Program-made: the position numbers and the translations under genes
Assembly: GCA_963575745.1 (NCBI GenBank)
Contig: CAUYUJ010000107.1
Location: 1 to 64,000, forward strand
From: Prorocentrum cordatum
Lineage: Eukaryota
Direction: 5' to 3'
DNA length: 64,000 bases
The notes under the pieces: model-generated
Seen by the model: the letters and a program-made list of their open reading frames with translations, nothing else
Database searches by the model: none
Told to the model about the DNA's origin: nothing
Shown here: piece after piece, positions 22,501 to 34,600 of the stretch
Numbering within the stretch: position 1 is the stretch's first letter
Layout: every line of letters starts with the position of its first letter

Positions 22501-25312
22501 GTCGATCGCGTTCGTGGCGTCGTCGAGGAAGAGCGCCGGGCGGGCCTTGCCGTTCTTGCCCGTCTGGACCTCATGAATGTCACTGGCCCCAGATGCAAGG
22601 GCCTTAGCTGCAGCCGCCTTAGCCTTGGCCTCTGCTCGTTTACCCTTCTTCCCCTTGGCGGTGGTGGGCTTGGCGGGCTTGGCGACGAGGGCGTTCGACA
22701 TCGGCTGCGGCTTCGGCTGGCGGCTCAACTGGAAGACTTTGCTCTCCTGCATCTGCTGGAGAAAGTTCGAGACTGATTTCAGCGAGGCCTTCGACTTGAA
22801 GTGCCACGGGGAGCCCTCGTTGGAAGGCACCACCAAACGAAGAACCTCTTCGGAAGGCAGGGCAATGATGTAAAGACAAAACTGAGAGTAAGGATGCAGG
22901 ATGAGGATGCAAGCCCATTGGACGCCAATGCCGAAGCTTGTCATGTTGTCAAGCGGGGCTGGCAATCGAAATGGGCTGGTTGAGAATAGACCGAAGATGA
23001 CAGAAGATGCAAGGATGCAAAAAGACCCCCTGGGCCAAGGGCCCCTTGGGAAGTCGCCCATCCTTCCTATCAGCCTATCAGCGCAGGAGGAGGAGACGAC
23101 GGGGAAGACGGGGATGAGGAGGGGGGAGGAGGAGGAGGAGGAGGAGGAGCAGGAGCAGGAGGAGGAGGAGGAGGAGCAGGAGGAGGAGGAGGAGGAGGAG
23201 GGGGGTGCGACGGAGTCGGGGTCGGGGCCGGGCTGCTTTCCCAGGGAAGGATGAGACCCGGTTCAGCCACTCGGTGCGAAGGTCTGGGTACTTCTTAAAC
23301 TTAGTCATGATATCCTTATTGCACAGCATCACCGTGGAGCGGTCCAGCGATGTATCAGAGAATCGGCAATGCTTGCCGCACCACGCCACGTACTCATCAT
23401 ACAGACCGAACTTGACCATCGCGCGGTAGAATATCTTACAGTTGAGGAACTCGTTATAGCTCTTGAACATGCCAGGGTGGTGCGAGGTCAAGTAGTCATG
23501 ATAGTGGTCAGCGTACTTCTTACTCTTCTTGTCCTGGGGCACACGAAAACAAACCTCACATCATCACATCGGCACGAGGGGTGGGGATGGGGCGGTGTCG
23601 CCCCAAGCTTGTGCGCCAGCGGCGCTCCCCCCCCATCCGAAATCTGGCCCCCCCCCATTCGTTGGGCCGCTGTTGGGCGGGCGTTGGCGGGTGGAGGAGC
23701 GAAGGGCGATGTCCGCGGCATCGGGGAGGGCTCGCTTCGTGAACCATCGCAGGTTGAAAGTTGAAAATCTGGCTTCGAAAGGACTGCGCGAAGCATTACA
23801 TGGCACATATAGCATATCTAGTATGAGGCTAGGTCAAAGCACCATCATGGAACCATGTATATGCAATATGTAACATGTAATGCTTACCCGAAACACCTGT
23901 GCAACATCGAACTACGCGTGCCGTCTGCGCTGCGCAGACGGACGCAACGTTCAGATAACACTTGAAGGGCGGGGTGGTAGGGTGGTAGGGGAGCTCGTTC
24001 CTCGGCGGGCCCCTCGTCCGCGTCCGCCCCGTCCAGCTCCGCAGCGCCTCCCTCGGGCTGCGCGGCTTCGGCGTTCCCCTCAGCCTCCTCAGCCTCCTCC
24101 TCATCCTCGTCATCTCCTCCGTGCTTGCCCCTCGCAGTGATATTGTTATCCCTGCAGTACTTGGCCCATCCCTGCTCGACCAGCGGCACCGAGTTGTATG
24201 CCTCAATGAAGCTCGTCGCGGCCCCCACCTGGTTGTACTTATTGTTCAGATCCTGCGGGCCAGGCTCGCTCTCTCAGTTACCCACCCCCCTGTTCCCCCT
24301 CCCCTCCGGGCGGTGGCAAGCAAGGGGGGCAGGGGCGCCCAAGGGCAGGGCTGGGGATCGGACCTCCGGCGCGGGAATATATGGCGGGACGGGTGGGGGG
24401 GAAAGAACACCAGACACATAGACAGCGACAGTCCTTCAAATAGCGCAGCACGTCCGGTGGAGTGCGCCTGTCGAGGAACGACACGTTGCTGATGCCCTCC
24501 TTGATGGTAGCAATGACCTGGGGGTTGTTCCTCTCAGCCTGGGGGGAGGTCGCCCACTTCTCCTTCTCCTCCTCCTCCTCGTCCTCCTCCTTCTCCTCAT
24601 CCTCCTCCTCCGCCTCCTCATCCTCCCCCTCAGCCTCCTCGTCCTCCTCCTCCTTCTCCTCCTCCTCCTCCTCCTCTCCTCCTCCTCCCCCCTCCTCTTT
24701 CTCTTCCTCTACGGCCTCTCTCTTCCTCCCCCTTTTCCATCTTCCCATCCTTCCCTTCCTGCTCCTCCTGCTGCTGCTGCTCCTCCTCCTCCTCCTCCTC
24801 CTCAGCTCCTCGTCGTCGTCGTCCTCCTCCTCCCTCCTCCTCCTCCTCCTCCTCCTCCTCCTCCTCCTCCTCCTCCTCCCTCCCCCTCCTTGGATAGCCT
24901 CTGCTGCCATGTACAGCGCTTCCATACGGGTCGCATATGACATGAGCTCGTACTGGTTCGACCCGCGTGGACCAACTGGCACGGCGAGGCACTCCCAGCC
25001 ACATCCGAAAGCCAACCCTTCCTCGAGGATCGAGTTCATGTATTGCACAGCCGTGTCTTCGTGGTGCCTGTTGTTCTCTGGGTGCCGGCGGAGGAGCTTC
25101 TCGCCCTGCTCGTTGAAGAAGTTAATCTTCCCCATCTCTTCCTCGACGTACACGTCCCTCAGCATGCGCTGCAACATCACCCCCTTCACGCCTGGGAACC
25201 TCTCAGCGACAGTGAGCACAGACCTGTCCCATGGATGGGTGGCGGGGGCGCCGGAGCTGGCGCCGGAGCCAGCGGCGCTGGCCTGGGTGTCATCGGAAGA
25301 ACCTAGAGACAT
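19546..25312 (-). CDS. Large multi-exon protein of unknown function with a ParB/Srx-like N-terminal domain
   Basis: Approximate exons: 25312-24900, 24538-24430, 24252-24000, 23533-23258, 23063-20890, 20522-20445, 19836-19546, separated by (GAG)n-rich introns. The N-terminal QYMNSILEEG...CLAVPVG...QYELMSYATRMEAL resembles the ParB pattern SIxxxG...i.v...YeliaGxrRlxA. Confidence 0.55.
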
Positions 25313-26749
25313 GCCGGAAGCCCTGGCGCACAAGCTCGCTGCTCGAAGTGGGATGTCCCACGCGAAAAACAAGTAAGAGCAAAACCCTATTGGCCTAATG
25401 GCTGCAGTGGGCAACGCGCAGCACGCTGGCCCGCAACAGGACCCAGGAGGTGTTAAGGGCCTTTCGTATTCTTGGACAGACCAGCCAGCGCGAGCAAACG
25501 AAAACTCCCTTCCTCCCTTCCCCCTCCCCCCTCCACCCCCACCCCCGTCCTCGCCTCGCCCAACCACCGCCGCCCCTGGCCCCTCGCCCTCTCGAGAGGG
25601 GAGGGGGGGCGGGCGGAGAGGAGCGCTGATTGGCAAGGAAGGAGGAGGGCGAGGAGGAGGGAGAAGGACGGGAAGGGCAGGGGGAAGGGCTGGGGAGCTT
25701 GAAGGGAGGATGAGAAGGGGAGAAGGGGGAGGAGGAGGCAACGGGCCCGAGCAAGCGCCGGACACTTTACGACGAAACCCACAAAGTCAAGCGTTCGTCG
25801 CAAAGTGTCCGCCGCGCCCCCGACGCGGCAGGAACTCCCCAGTCAGCTCGGCCAGACGGCCTCGCGGCATCGGGGCATCGGCAGGCCAGCCGACCCCCAT
25901 CGCCCGCTGCCAGCCGCTGCTGCCTGGGTCTAGGGGCGCTTCCTCACCCACCCCGCCCAGCCGCCCTCCTGCTTTCCTTCGCGCCCCCCTCCTCCTCAGG
26001 GAGCCGCCGCCCGGGGCCGCTCAGCTCAGGCGGCCCGACGACTCAGAAGGGGGCCGAACGACTCAGGCCACGTGGCTGGAGGGAAGGGGGCGGGCCCTGC
26101 CTCGCACCTCGTCAAGTTCCCCCATCTTCCTGGGCGGCCTGAGTCGTTCGGTCCTGTCACCTGAGTCGGTCGGCCCCCCCTCGCCTCCTCCTATTCCCCC
26201 ATTCCCTCCCTCTTCATCCTTTGCGTTCCTCCTCGGGGGTCTCCTCTTCTCTCATCGGGGCCAGGGCATCCCCGACGGGCCGTCGAGGGTCGCAGCGTCC
26301 CGACGTGCCCCGAGCAGCCACGTTTTCCTCCTCGCTTTCTCTGTCTGGCAAAGTGCTGGCCAGGGCAGCGCGCAGCGGCAATCATTCTGGCTCGCGCCCG
26401 CATCTAGAGCCAATAACTATAACATGATTTGGTGCTGCTGTGCTGTGCCAGCTGAGCCGCGTCACTATAGTGGAAATGTCACGTGTAAACGAGGCCACAG
26501 CCGCGCGGTCGGCTTGCCCCCCCATCCCCTCTCGTTTCCCCTGGCGCCCTCCTCCCCAGACCAAACCTGGAGCCATCCAGGACCCCGCGGCAACTCTAAG
26601 ATTGGCCGTGACACACGCACAAACCAAGCAATGCTCGTGATCTGGTGCGTTTTTACAAACAACCTGCAGGAGCGAGCTTGCCGCGCGGGCCGTGCAGCGC
26701 GTGCAGTGCATGCGGACGATACCTACCTACAATACTGATTCCCTGCGGT

Positions 26750-27550
26750 TCATTGGGTCATGATCCGCAAGGCGCTGGCGAACCTCGACTGCTTAGAGGG
26801 CTGGAGCTGCGCATCCGTTGACGGCTGCAACGGGCGCTTCGTCGTCGATTCCGCCTGGGCGGTGCTGGCGGCCGTGACCTTGACGTCGAGCTTGATCGAC
26901 ATTGCAGCTGCAGCCTGGGCCTCGCCGCTGCCGCCAGTGGGGCCGTCGAACTGGCCGTCGGAGGTGCTGCTGCCGCGCGCAGTCGCGCTCGCCGTCGCCT
27001 CTGCCGTCACCTGGACGTGCACGGAGGCGGTGGCGGCGGCCGGAGCAGCTGGACCGACGCCGGAGGATTCCCCGTCGGGGCCGGGCCTGGGGCCGCGCGC
27101 CAGGGGCAGCGTGGTGGTCGAGAGCTCCGACCCCGCGGCGCTCACCAGATCATCTGGCGCGGGCCTCGGCAGCGCTGGCTCCGCCACTGCGCGGGGCGCA
27201 GGGCGCAGGGGCACCGGGGCAGGGCGTGCGTCGACGGGGGGACGAACTGGCCACGGCTCGTCGCCGACGTCGCCATCTGTCCGAAGATTCCGACCGACCC
27301 TGCCCAAGTCATCGAAGATGAGGAACACCGTCCCGAGGCAGGCGCCGGCAACGCAGACGTGGTACGCGTTCCCCATCTGGTTGACGTGGGACCGGCGGGT
27401 CCTGTAGGCCCCGCGTGACCACCGTGACAACTACCAGAATTCATCACCCCTCCCTCCTGACTCGTCTCGCCTCCTCCGACCCTCCCCTCGCCGACCCGGC
27501 CCCCATGCCCTTCCCCCCTCCTCGAAGCAGCTTCCTTAAAATTATCATCC

Positions 27551-27583
<33 letters not shown>

Positions 27584-28646
27584 GTATCACCATCATCATC
27601 ATCATCATCATCATCATCAGCATCATCATCATCACCATCACCATCACTCGATCATCATTATCCTCTTCCTTATCCTCATCATCATTATCAGCGTCACCGT
27701 CACCATCGTCATCATCATCGCCAGCATTATCATCGCCATCATCTACATCATCACCATCATCGTCATCATCGCCATCATCATCACAACCATCATCGTCATC
27801 ACCAGCGTCGTCGCCGCCGCCTCGGGGAGGTGGGCTGGCTCGCAGAGTTTCGACCCAGCTCCGACTGGCAGGCGGCTCTGCGCCGCGGGCGAACTGGGAT
27901 GGCGCCCCGGCCGCCAGGATCGTCTCGGGCGTGCACGGGTACCCCATCGCGATGGACATCTCGAGCGGGGTCATGAAGCGCTGGCGCTTCGACTCGAGCA
28001 GGTGCCCAGTGCCCCTGGTGATCGTGTGAAGGTACTGGCCCTTCGACATCACCACGCGGTGGGCGGGGTCCTGATTGACGTCGTAGAGAAAGTTGCTGTC
28101 CGGCCGACCGAGCTCCTCCCGGCGCTCCTCGTAGTTGATCGCGCGCATCAGCTCCTTGGCGCTGATGGCGTCGTAGGGCCTGGCGCACGGGTCGAGGACG
28201 CTGCTCGAGGCCGCCTCGGCGGGGACGACGCGGGACGCAACTGACGGTCTGGCCTTGGCCAAGGCGTACTCCGCGTCAATCTCCTCGTCGGTCGAGACGA
28301 AGAACACCCCGAAGTCGCACGTGGGGACACGGTGCCACAACTGCTCGAGCACGCACTTGAAATTGCCAAAATCAACGTCGTACGCGCCCTGCCGGCGCAT
28401 CGGGCGCGGGATGCGCTTCGAGTCCAAGTATGGATACAGCCACTCCTTGAGAAAGAGAACGCAGATGCTCCGGGCACGCGACGCTGGGAAGCCGAACTGC
28501 GTAGGGCAGCACGGCACCCGCGTGATCACGTACATATCCCCGAGACACTCAACCAACTCGTCGGGCTTGAAGCCTTTGACGTTCTCGCGCAGGATGACGC
28601 GATCCTCAGGCGCGGGGGGGGGGGACAAATGCATGCAATCCTCCAG

Positions 28647-28679
<33 letters not shown>

Positions 28680-28788
28680 ATCATCATCAACATCATCATC
28701 ATCATCATCATCATCATCTGCATCAGCATCACCATCACCATCAGCATCAACATCATGTCGTCGCCGCGTTGATCCCCATCGCCGTCGC

Positions 28789-28832
<44 letters not shown>

Positions 28833-29752
28833 GCAGCAGCACCATCATCATCCCCATCATCAGCAGCATAAACAACATTCTGCCCTGGTCCCTCCGTTGC
28901 CTGGCTCCTCCTCCTCCGCCTCCCCCTCCTCATCGGTGTTCTCCTCCTCCTCCTCCGCCTCCTCCTCCTCCTCCTCCCCCGTCCTCATCGTTCTCCTTCG
29001 GTCGTCACTACGTGCACCCCCTTTTCCCGGGGGTCCTTGACCGTGCGCCTCTGGGCACACCAAGCCCAGAACAACTTCGCCCTCTTGCCCTGCATGCGCA
29101 ACAACTTGCCGAACACAGCATGGTCCTGGCAGGGGCTACCGGCCGAGTGAATGTCAGCGGCATGCTGGACGGTGCAACGCTTCTTCTGCACCTTGCACAA
29201 GCCGAAGACGGACGCCTTGCTGTACGGCAAGACCTTGCGCAACTCATCAGGGCTGAGCTCGTCGGCAGCGTTATACACGCCGACGTCCTTCCACAGATCC
29301 CGGTTCACGAAGTCCAGAATGTCCCCGAAGATGCAGGCGGGCGCGGCGGCTCCCAGCGCCGCGAGCTCCACCTGGCACTTGGTGTCCCACTCGATCGCGT
29401 ACATGTGCACAGTCTCGAGCGGATGGCGATCATCCACGATGCCGGCAGTGGCCTTCAGCTCGGACACGACGCTGCGGGCGCTGTTGGTGAAGGACGCCGC
29501 CGCGATGATATCAGTACCAACGCCCGAAAAGGCCGAGGACATGGTCACGCTCCTGCCGTGGAGAGCCTCGATGAAATCCATAAGCGGCACCGCCTCAGCA
29601 TCGCATATCTTCTGCAGCCCGTCCTTGGCCCAACTGAAAGCATCACTGATGGTGCGAGTCGAACCAGTGCCGGCCTGCGTCAGCTTACTGATGGAGATGC
29701 GAGGGTTAAGGCGACACGGTGGCATGCTGCCACGCAGCGTGCTCTGGGACAT
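26750..29752 (-). CDS. C5-cytosine DNA methyltransferase, 3 exons (~29752-29037, ~28604-27870, ~27404-26750)
   Basis: Ordered Dcm/DNMT motifs: I SAFSGVG, II YAIEWD, III IFGDI, IV AGSPCQD (catalytic PC), VI ILRENVKGF, VIII TQFGFPASRAR, IX RFMTPLEMSIAMGYP, X QMGNAY. The introns are (GAG)n/(GAT)n-rich. Confidence 0.9.
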
Positions 29753-29955
29753 GGTGCAACGGCGTCTGGGAGAGTGCGTCTGGATAAAATTGAGGTCCGC
29801 ACAACAAAAAAATGCAACGAAAGGCTGATGCGAGCCATGGGGCCACGGTGATGTGAGGATGATGAGCACGACCAGATATCCACGAAATCACAAGCACGTA
29901 CTGGCTGGAACCATGAAAAACGAATGAGTTCGCAGTGCGCGTTGGACGCTGTTTG

Positions 29956-30300
29956 AAATCGGCAATCCGCCGATTCGGAGCTCCCCCGAGAGCGCTGTTC
30001 AGGACGGTCCTGAACAGACCCCTGACTGTTCAGGACACGGCGGGCCTGTCCTGAACGGGGGACGCCCCTGTTCAAGACACGGGCGGTCTGTCCTGAACGG
30101 GCGCCCCCCCCGTTCAGGACACCCCCCCACGTGTCCTGAACGTGCGGCGGGTGCGTTCGGGACGGGGGGCGGGCTGTCCAGAACGGGAGGGGTGGCGTTC
30201 AGGACAGGCAGGCCGTGTCCTGAACCGGGGGGGGAGCGTTCAGGACTGTCCTGAACGACCCTCTCGGGGAGAGCTCCGAACTGGCAGAGTGCAGATTTCG
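29956..30300. repeat. ~345-bp foldback (MITE-like) element of inverted CCTGAAC/GTTCAGG units
   Basis: The left end gaaatcggcaatccgccgattcggagctcccccgagag...gttcaggac is an imperfect reverse complement of the right end gtcctgaac...ctctcggggagagctccgaactggcagagtgcagatttc. Confidence 0.75.
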
Positions 30301-31609
30301 CGCAGAGTCGCACAGACATGCATCATCCACTGATTTCTGAGAATTTGCATGTCTAAATCAACCCTAAATCACACCAAAACCGCATGCTGGCAAATGAGTT
30401 AGCACGCACAGGAATGCCTGATACTCTCCACAAGCTAAATATAATTAACAACATCAACGCACGTGCTCGTGGTCATCGTGAGACTGGCGCAACTCCCGAG
30501 GCCCTGCGCTGTTAAATATCACGCCGGCTGCGGTCATATATGCACCCTGTTGTTGGTGACAGTCTGGCTTATTTGCAATGCAATGTTGTCCGGCGGTGTC
30601 CACATGCCCGCAAATTATATCCAAGACAGGGGCTGTTCGAGTAGCGTAGCAGGTTACCTACTTGTTTTTTCCCCACATCCTATGTCGCTCGAACTCGCCG
30701 CCTGGTGGCGTCTAAGGTTACCTACTTGGTGCGATGCACGACTGAACTGTGATGTCCACGTGGTGTCCCACTGGAATCGCTAAGGGCAGCTTTCGGGTGG
30801 GTGGTTTGACGTCTCGAACTATGAGTCGCACCCCCCTCTCACCCTTATCCTCCTTGTCAGCCTCCTCTGCCTCAGTTCCCCCCTCCCCCCCCTCCGCTCG
30901 ACTCCGCCAGGCCCCCGGGCGGCGGCGGCGGCCCTCTGGCAGCAGCCTCGGCGCCCAGGCGCTGCAGTGGGGGGGGGAGTGACGAAGAGAAGGGGGAGGG
31001 GCAGAGGAGGGGGGTGATGGTGATGGTGATGATGATGCTGCTGATGATGATGATGGCGCGCGTGTCTTTCCCACATAACATTGTCCAGAGCATGGGGGCG
31101 AAGAAAGGCCGATGGCGAAGGGGTGCGAATGCACCCTCAAACGCATCACCCCCCGGCCTGCCAAGATGATGATGATGGCGATGCTGATGCAGATGCCGAT
31201 GGTGATGAGGATGGGGGATAGGGATAAAGAGAACGTTAATGATACTGCCGATGACGATGATGATGATGACGAGTTCAGGCAGTCGAAGCTACCCACCCCC
31301 AAGTTAAGGCTGCTCTGCAGTGGTAAGAGGAAGAGAAATATCGATGTGTTGTTTACACGTGCCACTTCAGGTTTTCTGCCGGCAAGGTTTCAGATAAAAC
31401 TTCCAAATCAACGAAGAGAAGAGAGGGGGAAGTTGGGGAAGAGGAGGAGTAGGAGGAGGAGGAAAGAAGGAGGAGGAAGAAGGAGGAAGGGTAGGAAGAG
31501 GAGGGGAGAGGATGCAGGAGGAGGGGCTGCATGCGGAATCCATCCGAGATGATTTCTCGGATCGGCGCTGGACCCCCCCTTCGACGCACCGTGCCCGTCA
31601 GGGCCCCCC

Positions 31610-34600
31610 TTCTGGGGCTTGCGCACCAGGCGCTGCCAGGTGGGCCTAGCGCCGACCCAAGAAATCAACGCGGCGGCCAAACTCTTCTCGACTGCGGTCG
31701 ATATGTCGGGGCTGTCGGGCAGGCGGGCGAGATGGCCAGTCCCGTGGTCTCGGCACGCAACGGCATTCGACTCGCTGAGGTGCTCATCGCCAGCTCGTTC
31801 CACCTTGTGCAACGCACCCTTCCCTCCTTGCCCGCCCCTCCCCACTATGACGGTGCAACTCGAAACAGAAAGTTGAAGGCTGAATTCGGGAATCGGGAAT
31901 TACTGACCCGCAGCGCCGTCGCGCCGTTCAAAGAGGCGCAACAGAGCACACTTGCACAAGCAGCACGCCATCTCGCATGGCTCCAGAACGCCCCGCAGCG
32001 CATCAATCGCAACAACGTTGGGCAGACTGGCAAGCGCGATAGCAACGTCAGCCTCCAGGCTGGCGATGAAGAGATCAAGAGCCTGATCTGGCAAAGAAGC
32101 CTCGACCGAGGGGCCCGAGGGGGGGGTCAGAGGTCCGCCGCAGACGCGGCAGACGTCGGGGCCAACGTGGTCCACCTCCCGCCCAGATAGACGTTCGAAA
32201 AGTTCCCTAAATGTAAGTGCGGTCTCTGGCATATCGTCCCTCAGGTGCCCCGCTCGCCTTGTCATTGTGGCGAGGGCGTTAGGCAAAATCACACGGGCCG
32301 CGCCGTGTGCAAATCGGTCAGCCAGGCTAACGCGCTGCCCTGGCTGTTTGTAAATGATGCCGTTTCTGTAATCTAAATCAATGAACCGCCCAGCGAACGC
32401 CAGGCTGTTATCCCAGAACAACCATCTAGTGTAAACTACCTTAAGGGTCTCGCCCGAATCGTCAATTTCAGCATCGTCTGTGAACTCAAGAAGTGCGATC
32501 ATTCTGTCCGTGCACGTGCAGAGCCGGCGCTGCATGTGCCCCTCTGTCTGCACCCCGCAGAGGTAGGCGATTGCACCCACGGGAACCCTCAAACGTTGAG
32601 CCCAATCCTTCAAGAATCCTGCCAGCAGACACGACAAACACCCCCCCCAACTAACTTGCCCCCTGTCATTGCCGGGACGGGGCAATACTCAGCTGGGTAA
32701 GCCTCCAGGCGCGGCGCAGCTGAATCTCGGGGCGGCCCGGCACCCCCTTTCTTCCCCAACGATTGCAATTGAGTTTGATTAGAGAGGACGCGCGAGAGGA
32801 CGCAGGGCCATGCTGCCCCAGGGGGTCGCAGAGGACACGTGATGTGAGGGCGCAAAACATTGGATTGGGTGCCCTTGATTTGGCAGGGTCGACCTTTCGC
32901 ATCAAACTCGATTGTACTATGTGACGTGCGAGCAGTCTTTCCCCCTTCAAATCCTTCGACGGCCGCGACGTCGTCGCCGTCGCCTCTGGCGGCCGCGCCA
33001 GAGGCGGCGCCGAGGTCCACGTGGGGCTCGAGACCGATCTCAATATTGTAGGCGATGTTCTGCAAGGCTTCGTGCGCCAGGTGAGCCGGAAATGTGTTCG
33101 TTGATATCTGGCCCGTGCCTGATGCATCGCCGTCATGGTCTGCCAACCACGAATCGATCGTCGCTCCTGCTGATGCCCCATCATCGTTCTGCTGCCCGAG
33201 TGCAACAGTACCCTGCTGAGCTTTCTTCATCTCAGCATCTATGATTGTCTCGAGCTCAGCGGCGAGACGAAGGTGCGCCGTCGTCTCCTCTCCTGTCTCC
33301 GCACCCTCCTCCTCGCCGCCGGCTCCAGGGTCGTCGAGGCTGCCACCATGTCCCATCATCTCGTGGAACGCTTTCTCCTCCTCGTCCTCGCCCTTGCCCT
33401 CCTCCTCCTCCTCCTCACCCTCGCCCTCGCCGTCCAGGCTCGCCGGCGGCGGCCCTGCCGCCGCCGTAGGCCCGGGCGCGGGGGGCGCCTTGCCGCTGCT
33501 GTGCTTTCTCTCGCCCTTGCTCGTCTTGAGCGGGCGCAGGCACCTGGCGGCGGGAAGTCGGCGAGGAGAGGATGGGCGCTGGAGGTCGTCGTCGTCGTCG
33601 TCGTTGTCGTCGTCGTCGCAGTCGTCGTTCGTAATCGTCGTCGTCCTAGTCGTCGTCGCAGGCCGACGGGCGATCCGACGATCCGACGACGGCGGGGAAA
33701 GACCCCCCTCCAGGCTCGACGTCGAACGCGACGGGGCCAGGAGGGCGACGGGGGGCAGGGACGAGGGTGGAAGGAGGAGGAGGAGGAGGGGGAGGAGGAG
33801 GAGGAGGGGGAGGAGGAGGAGGAGGAGGAGGAGGAGGAGGAGGAGGAGGAGGATGGGGAGGAGGACAGAACGCCACAGTCCGAGGATTCAGGTTCGCCCA
33901 GCGTCAAAACTGAGGAGGAAGAGAAGGGCAAGGAGGAGGAGGAGGAGGAGGAGGAGGAGCAGGAAAGGGAGGAAGGAGGAAGGCGGGGGGCTGGGGCACC
34001 TCTCAATGAGTTCGCCACTCAGCACCTCGACGCGGCTCGAGAAGTGGCACATGTCAGTTCTGTGCAGACACCAAGAGCCAATGCAGAGTACCAAAGGATG
34101 CATGACACCAGCTAACGGCCACATGATCTCGCCAATGAGTTTGACGAGGGGCTTCGGGTCCAGCAGGAATAACAGCCTGGCATAGTCTGCCGCGTCAGCG
34201 GTTGACATATCCACATCATCCTCCTCAGCGAGCACCTCAACTCGCACTCCCCACAAAGATGAACGGAAATAATGACTCACAATGAACCCGTTATCAGTGC
34301 CCACTTGCCAGAATACGAGTCGGCTCGAAGGTTCCAGACCGCGGCGAGGGATAGAAGCTGGAAGGTCACCACCACCAGGAAGATCAGCATCTCGTCTCTG
34401 AGCCTGCTTGGGACATACGCACCCTCATCCGCCTCCTCCTCCTCCTCCTCCTCCTCCTCCTCTCCTCCTCCTCCTCCTCCTCCTCCTCCTCCTCCTCCTC
34501 CTCCTCCTCCTCCATCCGCTCCCCCACTCCATCCTTTGTTCAGTCCTCCTCCTCATCGTTCTTCCCCCATCCTCCCCCCCCCCCTCACAGCGGAGGGAGG

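Noticed and set aside
25398..26738. 446-aa plus-strand ORF, and similar plus-strand ORFs inside the TIR element (e.g. 39679-40890)
   Set aside because: Low-complexity, GC-rich and without recognisable motifs; they are intergenic or antisense shadows of minus-strand genes.
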